Shown piece after piece: positions 60,791 through 64,000 of a stretch of 64,000 nt of DNA. Position numbers and translations under genes: made by a program. Numbering within the stretch: position 1 is the stretch's first letter; every line of letters begins with the position of its first letter. Source of the stretch: Malacoraja senta (taxonomy: Eukaryota); contig CM075990.1 in the NCBI GenBank assembly GCA_038087875.1, positions 12,340,001 to 12,404,000 on the forward strand. Direction: 5' to 3'. The notes under the pieces were generated by a model. That model saw only the letters and a list, made by a program, of their open reading frames with translations. It had not been told where the DNA came from and did no database searches.

Positions 60791-63700
60791 GTTAATTTCT
60801 TTGACACTTATCTGAGAAAATGCAGTGCAGTCCAATCTTGTTGAAACATATTTTGCCAGGAGGAGTGTATTACATGTCCATCGGAGGCGAGGGAAGCAAG
60901 GTTCAGCCAGGAATGGGTACAGATTGGATGAGCCATCTTAATGCTCCCAACCCATTAGTTTGAGCTATAGGTACAATTGTGAGCTTGCAAAATAAAGAAG
61001 GTTCTCCCAACTGCGCAGTCACAAGCAAATATTATTTTTCAAGTCAACCCCCCTGGTGGGTCTATAGTTTAATGGCATCTGGAGGACCTACAGGGAATGA
61101 AGGCAGAGAAGATTAGTTTAACATAGATCAGCGGTTGAATTGCTGCCTTACAGCATCATGGACCCGGGTTTGATCCTGACAACAGGTACTGTCTGTGTGG
61201 AGTTTGTACGTTCTCACCGAGACCGTATGGGATTTCTCTGGGTGCTCTGGTTTCCTCCCACACTCCAAAGACGTGCGGGTTTGTGGGTTGACTGACTTCG
61301 GTAAATTTGGATGGATGATGACTTTGATTGGGATCCTCCATCAGATTGGAAGGCCCTGACCCATTTCCCCCCACAGATGCTGCTTGACCCACTCAGCTCC
61401 CCAAGCAGCTTGTTCTTTGCTGAAGTATAAGATGTGGTGCTCAGGTATTCTTTCAACCTTCTCTTGTCATGGAACTTACAACTACATTTCGACAGCGATT
61501 GATCACATTTTTCCTCATTTAATCACAAAAGCATATTTGCAACAAAAAGACAAGAAAATCAGATATAAATATATCCCAACAAATGTTGGGAACATTGAAA
61601 CATTTACCTCACAATGTTGATTGTCAAATACCTGTGGAATTCCGAAGCTAGTTTTCTTCAAGGCATCAATTGGGGATAAATATCACCGCTTGCTGTGAAT
61701 TTGTCAACTTGCCCTTCAAACAATTCTTTCTTCAGCACCAAGACGGCAATATCTCTTCCAGTGTACAACTATTTCCATTTTATTAGCATCATAATGTGTA
61801 TTTTGGAAGTAATTCCCTAAAAAAAAGGAAAATGGACCCGTATATTAAACAATACATTTATGAACCATTACATTCAAGAAAAGAATGTCATTGTCCTATC
61901 TGGGACACATGACAATAAACTCTCTTGACTTGAAAAAAAAACTTGCTTGACTTAATATTAAATCTTATAAATAAGGAACTGCAGATGCTGGCTTATAAAG
62001 AGAGACACAAAGTACTGGAGTAACTCAGCAGGTCAGGCAGCATCCCTGGAGGAATGGATAGGTCATAGAGTGAAATAGTGTGGAAACAGGGCCTTCGTCC
62101 CAACTTGCCCACACCGGCCAACATGTCCCAGCTACACTAGTCCAACCTGCCTGCGCTTGGTCCATATCTCTCCAAACCTGTCCTATCCATGTACCTGTCT
62201 AACTTTTTCTTAAACGTTGGGATAGTCCCAGCCTCAACTACCTCCTCTAGCAGAATGTTCCATACACCCACCACCCTTTGTGTGAAAAAGTTACCCCTCA
62301 GATTCCTTTTAAATCTTTTCCCCTTCACCTTGAACCTATGTCCTCTGGTCCTCGATTGCCCTACTCTGGGCAAGAGATCCTGTGCATCTACCCGATCTAT
62401 TCCTCTCATGATTTCATACATGATTTTCGGTGATGTCGATAGGGGTCCAAAGAAAATTCCCGACCCGAAACGTCACCTGTCCGTGTTCTCCAGGCATGCT
62501 GCTGGAATTGCTCCTGCACTTTGTGTCTTTGAAACTAAATCTTATTTAATCATTGGGTGGCCTGGTGGTGTTGCGGTAGAATTGCTGCCTTACAACGCCA
62601 GAATTTGATGCTGACTACAGTGCTGTCTGTACGGAGTTTGTACGTTCTCCACGTGGCCTGTGTGGATTTTCTCCGGGAGCTCCAGTTTCCTCCCACCCTC
62701 CAAAGATGTGCAGCTTTGTAGGTTAATTGGCTTCAGTAAAATCGTAAATTGTCCCTAGTGTGTATAGGATAGTGTTGGTGTGCGGGAATCAGTGGTCGGT
62801 GCAGACTCGGTGGGCCGATGGGCCCGTTTCTGCGCTGAATCACTAAATTAACTAAACATCAAGAAAATGTTAATTCTTGGTCAAATCAGGGATGGAATGG
62901 AACATTGTTATAAATGTAACCTGGTTCTGGCCTATTGTAGACACATTAAATGGGGGAGAGAAATTAAAGTAGTGCTGAGTTGCAAAGCTGTGTTGATGTT
63001 TGTACTGTTTGTACTGTTAGTTACATGGCAACTAACAAAAAGTGTTCCCACTACATTAACAGTTTTGCTGATGTACCGTAGCCTGCGGAATCTCATCCTA
63101 TTGCTGCTGTAAACATTCCCAGCCCTTTTGGAATCGTGCAATAATAATTGCAGAAGGCCATTCGATCCTTACATCTGTCAAAGATAAATCCGTGTAGTCC
63201 TCTCCCCGTTCATTCTCACAGCCCTGCATTTTGTTTATTTTTGGGAATCTATCTGATTTCCATTTGAAAGCTACTATGGAATCTGATCCCACTGCCCCTT
63301 CAGGTAGTATATTGGAAAACACAGCTCAGTACATAAATACATTCTGGGAGAACCTCTTTTAACAAGCACGTACAGGATGCACCAAATGATAAAATCATGT
63401 CATCAATTTTCTCTGGTTCAATGAATTAGCTTTAATCTGTTGCCTTCCAATTACAGAATGGCCTGCTATTGGATGCACTTTCTTGTTATTGAAAACCTGT
63501 GCTGAATCTCTTAATCATTTTCTCTCTCTGAATGGCCCGAGCACTTCCAGTCAGTCCATATACCGTAAGTTAGAGGGCTGTAGGGGAAAAATACACAGGC
63601 TACAGTTTTAGCTGCTAGTGAAAGATCAACGGAAATTTTTGTTACCTTTTCACTCACATGATCACTCCAGTAGTCAGCGTTTGATCCTCAATATGTTCTT

Positions 63701-64000
63701 CGTAACGTGGCCAGGATCATGTTAGCATCAGACGCCTGAAACATAGATAAAAGTCATTTGTACGCTCAAAAAGCAAGGGTCACGTGTATAAATGTGCGTC
63801 AGAGCAGAAAAACTCTGCCGTGCTTTCAGAAAGTTTTATATTTAGACAAGTTCTTATTGAATTATTTAAGGGCAAGTTGACAAATTTAAAGCAATTGGTG
63901 TTTTTATCACCTTTGCGCTAAACCCAAGTGATTCATGCCTTTTCTACAGCATGTGACCGAAATCAGTGTAAACTGTGTGTTGGTTCATATAACCATTATA

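Noticed and set aside
46488..64000. Next CDH23 exon (and the preceding exon within 1-6502)
   Set aside because: I could not find matching cadherin peptides by eye. They are probably outside the window, though a short exon could have been missed.

Overview
Vertebrate genomic DNA. The repeat content (HE1/V-type tRNA SINEs, CR1/HER1-like, Rex1/Babar and Penelope-like elements) suggests a cartilaginous fish, probably a skate or ray; this is inferred. The + strand carries 10 consecutive internal coding exons of cadherin-23 (CDH23), roughly the EC6/7 linker to the start of EC11, all with GT-AG splice sites. One exon (30247-30400) has a +1 C frameshift. A complete C10orf105 orthologue is nested antisense in the last intron (60351-60758, -). 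A 200-N gap (39555-39754) is flanked by two divergent copies of the same ~2.8 kb, most likely two haplotypes, which differ by a ~1 kb GC-rich retroposon insertion. The introns hold many short Penelope-derived insertions, often TSD-flanked or palindromic, that carry a minimal hammerhead-ribozyme core (CTGAAGA-stem-GAAACGTC). There are also hAT and Harbinger MITEs, a possible P-superfamily element with what looks like an excision footprint, and two L1-like 3' insertions with long TSDs. Human exon numbers and sizes are from memory, not from a search. Repeat boundaries without a stated TSD or TIR are approximate.
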